Positions 17,940-27,216 of a stretch of 28,109 bases of DNA are shown here, piece by piece; the stretch's first letter is position 1; every line of letters begins with the position of its first letter. Source of the DNA: an uncultured Burkholderiales bacterium (GTDB lineage Bacteria > Pseudomonadota > Gammaproteobacteria > Burkholderiales > Burkholderiaceae_E); the NCBI GenBank assembly GCA_903831925.1, contig CAIKZV010000153.1:1-28109 (forward strand), in the 5' to 3' direction. The notes beneath the pieces are model-generated. The model saw only the letters and a list, made by a program, of their open reading frames with translations. It was not told where the DNA came from and ran no database searches. The translations under genes and the position numbers were made by a program.

Positions 17940-19262
17940 ATGCGCAAAATGAGACTCGGCGCCTTCATGCGCCCGACCACGATTCACACCGGCGGCTGGC
18001 GTTATCCCGGCGGTTTGCCCGATGCCAACTTCAACTTCGAGCATCTCGCCCGGTTTACGCAGAAACTTGAAGCCGGCCGATTCGATGCGTTTTTCATGGC
18101 CGACCATCTGGCTGTGCTCAACATGCCGATCGAGGCGCTCAAGCGCAGCCATACCGTCACCTCGTTTGATCCGCTGACGCTGCTGCCGGCGCTGGCGGTG
18201 CTGACAAAGCACATCGGGCTGGTGGCCACCGCCTCGACCACCTTCGAAGAGCCCTACATCCTGGCGCGCAAATTTGCCTCGCTCGACCACCTGAGCGGCG
18301 GGCGTGCCGGCTGGAATGTCGTGACCACCTCCAATCCGGATGCCGCGCTCAACTTCGGCCGGGAAGATCACCTCGAACACGGCGAACGCTATCGTCGGGC
18401 ACGCGAGTTCGTTGATGTGGTGACCGGGCTGTGGGACTCCTTTGCCGATGATGCCTTCACGCGCGATGTGAAGACCGGGCTGTTTTTCGACCCGGAAAAA
18501 ATGCATGTGCTCGATCACAAGGGCGAATTCTTTTCGGTGCGCGGCCCGCTCAATGTGGCCCGTCCGGTGCAGGGCTGGCCGGTGATCGTGCAGGCCGGCG
18601 CGTCCGAGGCCGGCAAGCAGCTGGCCGCCGAAACCGCCGAGGTGGTCTTCACCGCGCAGGCCACGCTCGCCGCAGGCAAGGCTTTCTATCGTGACGTGAA
18701 GTCGCGAATGGATGCGATCGGACGTTCGCGCGAGCATCTGAAGATCCTGCCGGGTGCATTGGTGGTGGTCGGCGACACGATCGAGGAAGCGCGCGACAAG
18801 CGCCTGCTGCTCGACAGTCTGGTGCACTACGACAGCGCGATTGCATCGCTGTCGATTGCGCTCGGCCACGATGCCTCGGCCTTCGACCCGGATGCGCCAC
18901 TGCCCGATGACATCCCCGAGACCAATGCCAGCAAGAGCGGTCGCGAGCGCACGATTGCTTTGGCGCGCCGTGAACATCTCACCGTCCGGCAACTGGCGCA
19001 GCGGCTGGGCGGCTATGCCGGTCTGGCCTTCGTCGGCACACCCGCCAGCATCGCTGACGAGATGCAGGCCTGGATCGAAGAAGAGGGCAGTGACGGGTTC
19101 AACATCCTGTTTCCCTACCTGCCGGCCGGACTCGATGACATGGTCGACCGGGTGGTCCCTGAACTGCAGCGCCGCGGCCTTTTTCGTACCGAGTACGAAG
19201 GCGCCACGCTGCGTGAAAACCTCGGGCTGCCACGGCCTTCCAACCGCTTCTTTCCGGGCTGA
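17940..19262 (+). CDS. Luciferase-like flavin-dependent monooxygenase, NtaA/SnaA/DszA family
   Basis: FDAFFMADHL, FDPLTLL, ARKFASLDHLSGGRAGWNVVT, HKGEFFSVRGPLN, PVIVQAGAS, DGFN, VVPELQRRGLFRTEY. Confidence 0.92.
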   Translation: MRKMRLGAFMRPTTIHTGGWRYPGGLPDANFNFEHLARFTQKLEAGRFDAFFMADHLAVLNMPIEALKRSHTVTSFDPLTLLPALAVLTKHIGLVATASTTFEEPYILARKFASLDHLSGGRAGWNVVTTSNPDAALNFGREDHLEHGERYRRAREFVDVVTGLWDSFADDAFTRDVKTGLFFDPEKMHVLDHKGEFFSVRGPLNVARPVQGWPVIVQAGASEAGKQLAAETAEVVFTAQATLAAGKAFYRDVKSRMDAIGRSREHLKILPGALVVVGDTIEEARDKRLLLDSLVHYDSAIASLSIALGHDASAFDPDAPLPDDIPETNASKSGRERTIALARREHLTVRQLAQRLGGYAGLAFVGTPASIADEMQAWIEEEGSDGFNILFPYLPAGLDDMVDRVVPELQRRGLFRTEYEGATLRENLGLPRPSNRFFPG

Positions 19263-19361
19263 GCCGGTCTCGTCCCGAAATGTGATGCCCTCGAGCGGCC
19301 GGCTGCGCCATCGATGGCATGATTCAAGGCTGCCCCCCTATCCCAGACCAGGAGACACCCC

Positions 19362-20600
19362 ATGACTGAAGCTCTCATCATCGACGCCTGCCGCACACCG
19401 CGCGGCATCGGCAAGGTCGGCAAAGGCGCCCTCGCCGACATGCATCCGCAGCATGTGGCCGCCAATGTGCTCAAGGCACTGGCCGCGCGCAACGATCTGA
19501 AGACCGCCGAGATTGACGACATCATCTGGGGCACCAGTTCGCAGCGCGGCCCGCAGGCGATGGACCTGGCACGCATGGCCGCACTCGACGCCGGCTTCGA
19601 TATCCGCGCAAGCGGCGTGACCCTCGATCGCTTCTGCGGCTCGGGCATCACCTCGGTCAGCATGGCGGCAGCCTCGATCATGGCCGGCATGGAAGACCTG
19701 ATGATCGCTGGCGGCTCCGAGATGATGTCGATGACCGGCCGTCGCGCGCCGGATGAAGGCCCGGCTCTGATGGATGCCGGCAATCTGCGTCTGCGCGCCT
19801 CACATCCGCAGTCGCACCAGGGTGTCTGTGCCGATGCAATTGCCACCATGGAAGGCATCTCGCGCCAGGCGCTCGACGAGCTCGCCCTGGTCAGCCAGCA
19901 GCGCGCCGCGCACGCGATCGCCAACGGTCACTTCAAGAAGAGCCTGATCCCGACCTTCAAGGCCGACGGCACGCTGGCGCTCGACCATGAAGAGTTTCCG
20001 CGTCCGCAGACCACGCTGCAGGGTCTGTCCGAAATCAAGCCGGCCTTCCCGGCGCTGGCCGATGTGCCGCTCGACGACAAGGGCAATACCTTCCGCAGCC
20101 TGATCCTGTCGAAGTATCCCGGCCTCGACATCAAGCATGTCCATCACGCCGGCAATTCGTCGGGTGTGGTCGATGGCGCGGGCGCCGTGCTGCTGGCATC
20201 GCCCGCCTATGCCAAAGCCAAGGGTCTGAAGCCTCGCGCCCGTATCGTGGCGATGGCCAATGTCGGCGATTGCCCAACGCTGATGCTCAACGCGCCGGTG
20301 CCGGCGGCCCGCAAGGTGCTGGCCAAAGCCGGCCTGACCCTCGATGACATTGATCTCTTCGAGATCAACGAGGCGTTTTCGGTGGTGGCCGAGAAGTTCA
20401 TCCGCGACCTCAAGCTTGATCGCGACAAGGTCAATGTGAATGGCGGCGCGATGGCGCTGGGCCATCCGATCGGCGGCACCGGTTCGATCCTGATCGGCAC
20501 CATCCTCGATGAACTCGAGCGTCGCGATCTGCGGCGCGGCCTGGTCACGATGTGTGCCGCCGGCGGCATGGCTCCGGCGATCATCATCGAGCGCCTCTGA
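19362..20600 (+). CDS. Thiolase (acetyl-CoA C-acyltransferase)
   Basis: IIDACRTP, catalytic RFCGSG, NSSGVVDGA, EINEAF, NVNGGAMALGHPIG, C-terminal MCAAGGMA. RBS AGGAG upstream. Confidence 0.95.
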   Translation: MTEALIIDACRTPRGIGKVGKGALADMHPQHVAANVLKALAARNDLKTAEIDDIIWGTSSQRGPQAMDLARMAALDAGFDIRASGVTLDRFCGSGITSVSMAAASIMAGMEDLMIAGGSEMMSMTGRRAPDEGPALMDAGNLRLRASHPQSHQGVCADAIATMEGISRQALDELALVSQQRAAHAIANGHFKKSLIPTFKADGTLALDHEEFPRPQTTLQGLSEIKPAFPALADVPLDDKGNTFRSLILSKYPGLDIKHVHHAGNSSGVVDGAGAVLLASPAYAKAKGLKPRARIVAMANVGDCPTLMLNAPVPAARKVLAKAGLTLDDIDLFEINEAFSVVAEKFIRDLKLDRDKVNVNGGAMALGHPIGGTGSILIGTILDELERRDLRRGLVTMCAAGGMAPAIIIERL

Positions 20601-20636
20601 TCGTCTGATCGCAATCTGATCCAAGGGACCCGCAAG

Positions 20637-21665
20637 ATGGGCGCAGCACTGGTTTTCGATGAATCACATCTGATGTCCGAGCATGCCTATGCCCGGCCGC
20701 TCGAGGCGGTCGGGCATCGCCTGCATGGCGGCTTCGATGCGGCAGGCGCCTACCAGTCGCCGCGCACGCTGGGCCGCTGGCCGGCGGTGCGGGGCTGGCA
20801 GCAGGCGCTGGCCGCCCGCGGCTGGCCCCTGATTGATGCCTCTGGCGCCCTGCTCACCATGGGCAACTATCCGAGCTTCGAGCAGCAGCGCCTGCTGCTG
20901 CAGTGGGGGTGCGGGCAAACGCTCTGGAATTCGCTGACGGTCACCGGCGTGGTCGAGGCGCGCGGACGCATTCTGGCCACGATTCCGGTGCCGAATTTTC
21001 AGTCCATCATCGAAGAAGACCTCAGCCAGACCACCGTCGGCCATCTGGGCAAGGGGCTGTTCAGGGCGCACGGCTTCGATGAGGGCGGTGTGCCCGAATC
21101 GGGCATCGGCGGACACGACACCATGTGGTTTGCGGTGCGCGACATGCTCTTCGGGCGCGACGCCTGGCCGATGCCCGAGGTGCCGCCGTCGCTGGCGCGG
21201 CCTGCCGGCGACCGCCTGCTGCCGATGATCGATGCGCCCTATGAGCAGATCATCGTCATGATGATGAACGTGCTGATGATCGAGATTCGTGCCGAGGCCT
21301 TCTTCAGCTTCTGCACGCGGGTCATGCGCGATCCGGCCTGCTTTTCCGATCGCCGCGAGACCGCCGAGCAGGCCGCGGTCATGGTCGAGCGCATCCGCGA
21401 AGACGAGCAGATCCATGTGGCCTATCTGCAGTCGGCGATTTCGGAGTTGCGCAGCTTCACCTTCAAGGCCAATGACGGTCGTCGCATTCCTGGCGAGCGT
21501 CTGCTCGATCCGCTGTGGCAGGGCTTCGTGCGCTGGCACTCGGTCGATACAGTGCAGCACACGCGCGCTCAGGCACGTGCCGCAATCGAAGCCACGTTGC
21601 GCGCCCTGCCGCAAGGCGAGGCAAAGCTTCAGGCATTCATGGCGCTGGAAACTTCCGGCGCCTGA
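20637..21665 (+). CDS. Hypothetical protein with a ferritin-like carboxylate/His (diiron) ligand pattern
   Basis: 342-aa ORF filling the gap between thiolase and ECH. Candidate ligands E107, D148-E149...H160, E216, D256-E257-x-x-H260. The gene is well supported; the function is inferred. Confidence 0.7.
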   Translation: MGAALVFDESHLMSEHAYARPLEAVGHRLHGGFDAAGAYQSPRTLGRWPAVRGWQQALAARGWPLIDASGALLTMGNYPSFEQQRLLLQWGCGQTLWNSLTVTGVVEARGRILATIPVPNFQSIIEEDLSQTTVGHLGKGLFRAHGFDEGGVPESGIGGHDTMWFAVRDMLFGRDAWPMPEVPPSLARPAGDRLLPMIDAPYEQIIVMMMNVLMIEIRAEAFFSFCTRVMRDPACFSDRRETAEQAAVMVERIREDEQIHVAYLQSAISELRSFTFKANDGRRIPGERLLDPLWQGFVRWHSVDTVQHTRAQARAAIEATLRALPQGEAKLQAFMALETSGA

Positions 21666-21732
21666 GCATCGGTTTGCAGACCCCGGCGCAGCTCGGGGCT
21701 GACTCAATACACGAGGATGAGGAGGAGACCCC

Positions 21733-22557
21733 ATGACTTACGAAGACGTGCTGTACCGGGTTGAGGACGGCATTGCCGTGATCACGCTCAATCGCCCCGA
21801 CAAGCTCAATGCCTGGCGTGCCGAGATGGACCGCGACGTGCGGGCCGCGATGAAGGCTGCCTCGTCTGACGAGGCAGTGCGAGTGATCGTGCTGACCGGC
21901 GCCGGGCGCGGTTTTTGCGCCGGCGCCGACATGAATAATCTGCAGTCGCTCGCCGGCAGCGGCGGCGCTGCTGCGCGCCCGCGTCCTGCGGTGCCCGAGC
22001 CCTTCGATGCGTCGGCGAGCGAGGACTTCAAGCGCCAGTATTCGTGGTTTCCATCGGTGCCGCGGCCGATCATCGCAGCCATCAACGGCCCGTGCGCGGG
22101 TCTCGGTCTGATCATGTCGCTCTATGCCGACATGCGCTTTGCCTCCGACAAAGCGGTTTTCACCACCGCCTTCGCACGACGCGGCCTGATCGCCGAGCAT
22201 GGCGTGTCTTGGCTGCTGCCGCGCCTGGTCGGCATGGCCCATGCCTGCGACCTGCTCTATTCGGCCCGCACCGTGCGGGCTCCCGAGGCGCTGGCCATGG
22301 GTCTGGTGAGTCGGGTCATCCCGGAAGACCAGTTCATGACCGAGGTGATGGCCTATGCCCGCATGCTGGCCACCGAGGCCTCGCCGCGCTCGATGCGCGA
22401 GATGAAGCGCGAGATGTGGCATGCGCAGTTCCAGACGCTCGCTCAGGCGATCGACGAGGCCAACGGCGACATGGCCGGCAGCTTCACCTCCGCTGACTTC
22501 AAGGAGGGCGTGGCCCACTTCGTCGAAAAGCGCAAACCGCAGTTCACCGGTCGCTGA
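21733..22557 (+). CDS. Enoyl-CoA hydratase/isomerase (crotonase superfamily)
   Basis: ITLNRPDKLNA, LTGAGRGFCAGADM, IAAINGPCAGLG, GLIAEHG, DFKEGVAHFVEKRKPQF. Strong RBS GAGGAGGAG. Confidence 0.95.
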   Translation: MTYEDVLYRVEDGIAVITLNRPDKLNAWRAEMDRDVRAAMKAASSDEAVRVIVLTGAGRGFCAGADMNNLQSLAGSGGAAARPRPAVPEPFDASASEDFKRQYSWFPSVPRPIIAAINGPCAGLGLIMSLYADMRFASDKAVFTTAFARRGLIAEHGVSWLLPRLVGMAHACDLLYSARTVRAPEALAMGLVSRVIPEDQFMTEVMAYARMLATEASPRSMREMKREMWHAQFQTLAQAIDEANGDMAGSFTSADFKEGVAHFVEKRKPQFTGR

Positions 22558-22568
22558 AGCGTGCCTCG

Positions 22569-24176
22569 ATGAGCGCGATGAACGCACCGGTCGATGTGCT
22601 GATCATCGGCGCAGGTGCGTCGGGTGCGGCCGTGGCCTGGAGTCTTGCCGAGACGCGGATGCGCATCCTGTGTCTGGAGCAGGGCGACTGGGTCAAGCCC
22701 ACCGACTATCCGAGCAATTTCCGCGACTATGAAGCGCGGCAGATGGGCGAATTCCATTTCAGCCCGAACCGTCGCGCCAGCGACGTCGACTATCCGGTCA
22801 ACGAAGACGACTCGCCGATCAAGGTCGCCAACTTCAACGGCGTGGGCGGTGGCACGGTGCTGTATGCCGGTCACTTCCCGCGCTTTCATCCCTCTGATTT
22901 CCGGGTGCGAAGCCTCGATGGCGTGGCCGACGACTGGCCGATCGACTACCGCACGCTCGAGCCCTATTACGCCGAAAACGACCGGATGATGGGTGTCTCG
23001 GGGCTGGCCGGCGATCCGGCCTATCCGCCCAAGACGCCGGTGATGCCACCGCTGCCGCTGGGTCGCACCGGCATGGCACTCGGCCGGGGCTTCAACGATC
23101 TCGGCTGGCACTGGTGGCCCTCCGACAGCACGATTGCCACGCAGGAGTACGGCGGGCGCGCGCCCTGCATCAACCTCGGCCAGTGCATCGGCGGCTGCGC
23201 CCAGGGCGCCAAGGCCAGCACCGACATCACCTACTGGCCCGAGGCACTGCGGGCCGGCGTGATGCTGCGAACCCGCTGCCGAGTGCGCGAAATCACTACC
23301 AACGAAACCGGCATGGCAAGCGGGGTGATCTATTACGACGAGCACGGCATCGAGCAGTTTCAGCCGGCCGAGGTGGTGATCGTGGCCTGCAACGGCATCG
23401 GCACGCCGCGCATCCTGCTCAACTCAGCCTCCTCGCGCCACCCCGATGGGCTGGCCAATTCGAGCGGCATGGTCGGGCGCAATCTGATGTTCCATCCCTA
23501 TGCCGGCGTTTATGGCCGCTTCGAGGCGGCGCTTGATGGCCATCGTGGCCCGATCGATGCGGTCTGGAGCCAGCAGTTCTACGAGACCGACCCATCGCGC
23601 GGCTTCGTGCGCGGCTATACCTTCGAGACCACTCGCGGACGCGGCCCGGTGCAGACCGCCCTGATCGGCATGCTCTCGGGCAAGCTGCCGATCGGGGCCG
23701 GCCATCACGCCGCCTACCGCGGTCTCTTCGATCGCATCGCCGGGCTGGTGGCGATCTGCGAAGACCTTCCGGAAGCCCACAACCGGGTCACGCTCGATCC
23801 GGTGCTCAAAGACTCGAGCGGCATTGCAGCCCCGAAAGTGTCCTACACCTTGAGCGAGAACAGCCTGAAAATGCTGGCGCACAGCGTGGCGCGGGCGACC
23901 GAGGTGCTGCGTGCAGCCGGCGCGGTCGATGTCTCGGTGACCTCGCCGCTGTCGATCGGCGGCTGGCACAACATGGGCACTGCCCGCATGGGGACCGACC
24001 CCGAGCGTTCGGTGGTCAATGAATGGGGCCGCAGTCACGACGTCAAGAATCTTTTCATCGTCGACGGCAGCATTTTCGTGACCTCGGCCGGCGTCAATCC
24101 GACCAGCACGATCCAGGCGCTGGCGCTTTATGTCGCCGACAACATCAAGCGCCGCCTGGCCAATCTTTTCGACTGA
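22569..24176 (+). CDS. GMC-family FAD oxidoreductase (gluconate/glucose dehydrogenase large-subunit type)
   Basis: DVLIIGAGASG, GVGGGTVLY, CX5CX3C motif, GRNLMFHP, HNMGTARMG, NLFIVDGS, NPTSTIQALA. Confidence 0.92.
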   Translation: MSAMNAPVDVLIIGAGASGAAVAWSLAETRMRILCLEQGDWVKPTDYPSNFRDYEARQMGEFHFSPNRRASDVDYPVNEDDSPIKVANFNGVGGGTVLYAGHFPRFHPSDFRVRSLDGVADDWPIDYRTLEPYYAENDRMMGVSGLAGDPAYPPKTPVMPPLPLGRTGMALGRGFNDLGWHWWPSDSTIATQEYGGRAPCINLGQCIGGCAQGAKASTDITYWPEALRAGVMLRTRCRVREITTNETGMASGVIYYDEHGIEQFQPAEVVIVACNGIGTPRILLNSASSRHPDGLANSSGMVGRNLMFHPYAGVYGRFEAALDGHRGPIDAVWSQQFYETDPSRGFVRGYTFETTRGRGPVQTALIGMLSGKLPIGAGHHAAYRGLFDRIAGLVAICEDLPEAHNRVTLDPVLKDSSGIAAPKVSYTLSENSLKMLAHSVARATEVLRAAGAVDVSVTSPLSIGGWHNMGTARMGTDPERSVVNEWGRSHDVKNLFIVDGSIFVTSAGVNPTSTIQALALYVADNIKRRLANLFD

Positions 24177-24180
24177 GCTG

Positions 24181-24657
24181 ATGACGCCTGTTGCCATTCA
24201 AAGCGCCGCGATCGATTCGCCGCTGTCACCGGGCCAGAGGCGCTCGCTGCTGGCGGTGCTGGGCACCATGATTCCGGCAAGCGACGCCTTCGAGGTGCCG
24301 GGCGCCGATGATCCGCTGATCGTGGCCGACCTCCTCAATTCGCTCAAGGCGCAGGCCGCAGCCCTCATCACCGCACTCGATCGGCTCGATGCGTTGTGCG
24401 GGCAGACCTTCCATACGCTGGCGGCCGATGCGCAGCCGCAGGCGCTCGATGATTTCAGGCGCGCCGACATGAAGCACTTCGCGCTGCTGGTCACCCTGTG
24501 CGTGCAGTGCTACTACCGCGATGACCGGGTGATGCGATCGCTTGGCATGGAGGCGCGCGCGCCCTTTCCGAAGGGCTTCGAGGTGCCTGCCGGCGACTAC
24601 GAATTGCTGGATCCGGTGCGCGCGCGCGGCCCGATCTGGCGCGATTCCCCCGGCTGA
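24181..24657 (+). CDS. Small partner subunit of the GMC dehydrogenase (gluconate 2-DH subunit-3-like)
   Basis: Starts 4 nt after the GMC stop; L..V...MIPA...PGA, YYRDDRVMRSLG, PFPKGF, LLDPVRARG. Start placed at ATG 24181. Confidence 0.7.
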   Translation: MTPVAIQSAAIDSPLSPGQRRSLLAVLGTMIPASDAFEVPGADDPLIVADLLNSLKAQAAALITALDRLDALCGQTFHTLAADAQPQALDDFRRADMKHFALLVTLCVQCYYRDDRVMRSLGMEARAPFPKGFEVPAGDYELLDPVRARGPIWRDSPG

Positions 24658-24666
24658 TCAGTCCGG

Positions 24667-25947
24667 TCAGGTCACCGCATGGCGCTGGGCAAAACGCGCC
24701 TCTCGCCACTGCCCGCTTTGCATCACCTGATGCAGCTGATCGACCGCCTGCCAGACATCGGCATGACCGGTGTAAAGCGGGGCAAATCCGAATCGCAGGA
24801 TGTCGTGCTGATGCTTGCCGTCGCCGGCGCGAAAGTCGCCGATCACGCCGCGCTCGATCAGGGCCTGCACGATGGCCCAGGCGCCTTCTGCGCGGCTCAG
24901 GCTGACCTGCGATCCGCGCCGCTGCTCATCGGCGGGCGTGGCGATCGCAAAGCCATGCCCCTGCAGGCGCTCCTGCACGAGCGACATGAAGAGCGAGGTC
25001 AGCGCGAGCGACTTGCGCCGCAGTGACGCCATGCCGCCAAGGCCTTCGGCCGCGAGCAGGGTATCGAGTCCGCAATCGAGTGCGGCAAGGCCCAGGATCG
25101 ACGGCGTGCCGCTCTGGAATCCATTGACGCCTGCAGCAGGGATGTAATCGGTCGTGAACGCAAAGGGCGCTGCATGCCCCCACCAGCCGGTCAGGGGCTG
25201 CCTGACGCGATCGGCGTGACGCGGATGCATCCAGAGGAAGGCCGGCGCGCCGGGCCCGCCGTTGAGGTATTTGTAGCCGCAACCGACCGCAAAGTCGGCT
25301 CCCGCCGCATGCAGATCGACCGGCACCGCGCCGGCGCTGTGAGCGAGGTCCCAGACGGTCAGGATGCCGGCGTCATGCGCCTGCGCGCACACGGCGGCCA
25401 TGTCGAGCATCGCGCCGCTGCGGTAGTTGATATGGGTGAGCATCAGCACCGCGACGTCGTCGCGCAATGCTGCGTCCAGTTCATGGCTTTCGACCAGGCG
25501 CAGCGTCAGGCCGCGATCCCGACACAGCGACTGCGCGATATAGAGGTCGGTGGGAAAATTGCCGCGCTCGCTCAGGATTGCGGTTCGGCGCGGATCAGCG
25601 GCGGCAATGTTCAGGGCTGCACTAAGCGTCTTGTAGAGATTGATCGAGGTGCTGTCGGCGGCCACCACCTCGCCGCGCTGTGCACCGATCAGACGCGCGA
25701 TCTTGTCGCCGACCTGCTGCGCCAGACCGAGCCAGCCGGCGGTGTTCCAGCTGGTGATCAGGCCCTTGCCCCATTCTTCGTTCAGCGTCTGCGCGATGCG
25801 TCCGGGGGTGGCCACCGGCAGCGGCCCGAGCGAATTGCCGTCGAGGTAGACGACCCCTTCCGGCAGTGAAAACTGCCCGCTCAGCGCCGCGAGCGGATCC
25901 TGGCGATCGAGGGCCTCGCAGTCGGCGCGAGTGCGCGCCTGCCTCAT
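24667..25947 (-). CDS. kynU: Kynureninase (PLP-dependent)
   Basis: DRQDPLA, YLDGNSLG, NFPTDLY, WDLAHSAGA, GCGYKYLNGGPG, RRGSQVS, RFGFAPLY. Confidence 0.93.
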   Translation of the reverse strand: MRQARTRADCEALDRQDPLAALSGQFSLPEGVVYLDGNSLGPLPVATPGRIAQTLNEEWGKGLITSWNTAGWLGLAQQVGDKIARLIGAQRGEVVAADSTSINLYKTLSAALNIAAADPRRTAILSERGNFPTDLYIAQSLCRDRGLTLRLVESHELDAALRDDVAVLMLTHINYRSGAMLDMAAVCAQAHDAGILTVWDLAHSAGAVPVDLHAAGADFAVGCGYKYLNGGPGAPAFLWMHPRHADRVRQPLTGWWGHAAPFAFTTDYIPAAGVNGFQSGTPSILGLAALDCGLDTLLAAEGLGGMASLRRKSLALTSLFMSLVQERLQGHGFAIATPADEQRRGSQVSLSRAEGAWAIVQALIERGVIGDFRAGDGKHQHDILRFGFAPLYTGHADVWQAVDQLHQVMQSGQWREARFAQRHAVT

Positions 25948-27203
25948 CCCGCGCCATTTCGCGGCACGTCGCGATAGGGTTTGTCGCTATCGATGCTCGG
26001 CTCCTTCGGCATGCCGAGCACGCGCTCGGCAATGATGTTGCGCTGGATCTCGTCGGTGCCGCCTGCGATCGAGGTGGCCGGCACCGAGATCAGGATCTCG
26101 GCGATCGTGCCGGCATGCGGACCATCGGCGCCAGCCAGCAAGGAGTCGGCGCCGCTCAGCAGGGTATGCACCCGTGCTGCCGCGCGCGCGATATGGCTGG
26201 CCGCGAGCTTGCCGAGCGAGCCTTCCGGGCCTTGCGGGCGACCCTGTTCCTGTGCACTGCGCGCACGGCGTGCGGTCCATTCAGCCGACTTCGACAGGGT
26301 GAGCAGGCGCGCGATTTCCTGGCGCACCGCCGGGTCATCGAGCTTGCCGGTTTCTTTCGCCCGCGGAATGATCAGATCGATCCGGCCCGCGCGATTCGGA
26401 TACCACTTGTAGGGCGCAAGCGCGATTTCGGCTTCGGCGCGCTCCTCGTCAAAGATGCGACCGGGCCGATCAGATTTCGCAGCCCCCCAGGAGCGCAGCG
26501 AATCGGCGGCGCGCCGCTCGTGCATCAGCGTGGTAGTGGCCACCGCCCAACCCTTGCCTTCGCCTGCCACCAGCCAGTTGGCCGGTACGGTCGCATCGGT
26601 GATGAAGACCTGGTTGAAGGTGGCATGGCCGTTCATCTGCTTGAGCGGTTGCACCGTGACGCCTGGCTGATGCATGTCGATGATGAAAAAGGACAGGCCG
26701 GCATGCTTGGTCTTGTCCCAGTCGGTGCGCGCCAGAAGCAGCCCGAAGTCGGCTTTCTGCGCGCCCGAGGTCCAGAGCTTCTGGCCGTTGATGATGTCGT
26801 GGTCGCCCTGGCGGTCGGCGCGGGTCACCGCGCCGGCGGCGTCCGACCCGCTGCCGGGTTCGCTGAAGAGCTGACACCAGGCTTCCTCGCCGGTCATGCT
26901 GGGGCGCAAAAAACGTTTTTTCTGCTCGTCGGTGCCGTGCGCCAGGATGGTGGCTGCGGCCAGCACGCGAATGCCGACCCGAGCTACGCCGACCGCACCG
27001 ATGCGCTTGAATTCTTCTTCGACGATCGGCTGCAACCCGACCGGCAGGTTGCGCCCATACCACTCGGTCGGCCAGTGCGGTGTGCCCCAGCCTGCGTCCA
27101 TCAGCTTGTTGCGCCAGTCGACCAGGCCGCTGTCGGGGTTCCAGTTGGCCTCGAGCCAGGCGCGCACTTCGGCGCGCACGGAGGATTCTGTCTGTTCGGT
27201 CAT
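25944..27203 (-). CDS. Acyl-CoA dehydrogenase family protein (probable catalytic subunit of a heteromeric pair)
   Basis: WCQLFSEPGSGSD, INGQKLWTS, FNQVF, TTLMHER, IAGGTDEIQRNIIAERVLG. RBS GAGGAG overlaps the upstream stop. Confidence 0.92.
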   Translation of the reverse strand: MTEQTESSVRAEVRAWLEANWNPDSGLVDWRNKLMDAGWGTPHWPTEWYGRNLPVGLQPIVEEEFKRIGAVGVARVGIRVLAAATILAHGTDEQKKRFLRPSMTGEEAWCQLFSEPGSGSDAAGAVTRADRQGDHDIINGQKLWTSGAQKADFGLLLARTDWDKTKHAGLSFFIIDMHQPGVTVQPLKQMNGHATFNQVFITDATVPANWLVAGEGKGWAVATTTLMHERRAADSLRSWGAAKSDRPGRIFDEERAEAEIALAPYKWYPNRAGRIDLIIPRAKETGKLDDPAVRQEIARLLTLSKSAEWTARRARSAQEQGRPQGPEGSLGKLAASHIARAAARVHTLLSGADSLLAGADGPHAGTIAEILISVPATSIAGGTDEIQRNIIAERVLGMPKEPSIDSDKPYRDVPRNGAG

Positions 27204-27216
27204 GTCGTGTGTCTCC

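Noticed and set aside
19306-19317. Perfect 12-bp palindrome GCCATCGATGGC upstream of the thiolase
   Set aside because: Several such palindromes are expected by chance in 28 kb of GC-rich DNA; no supporting context.
20595-20622. TCTGATC repeated three times at the thiolase stop
   Set aside because: Too short and irregular to be a functional repeat, and not CRISPR-like.
21681-21698. CCCCG-N8-CGGGG intercistronic hairpin
   Set aside because: Only a 5-bp stem, no U-tract, and no second copy to suggest a REP family.
24220-24280. QRRSLL as a Tat signal in the GMC small subunit
   Set aside because: It aligns with the first helix of the mature domain (L...R..L.AV...MIP), with only a short hydrophobic stretch and no clear cleavage site.
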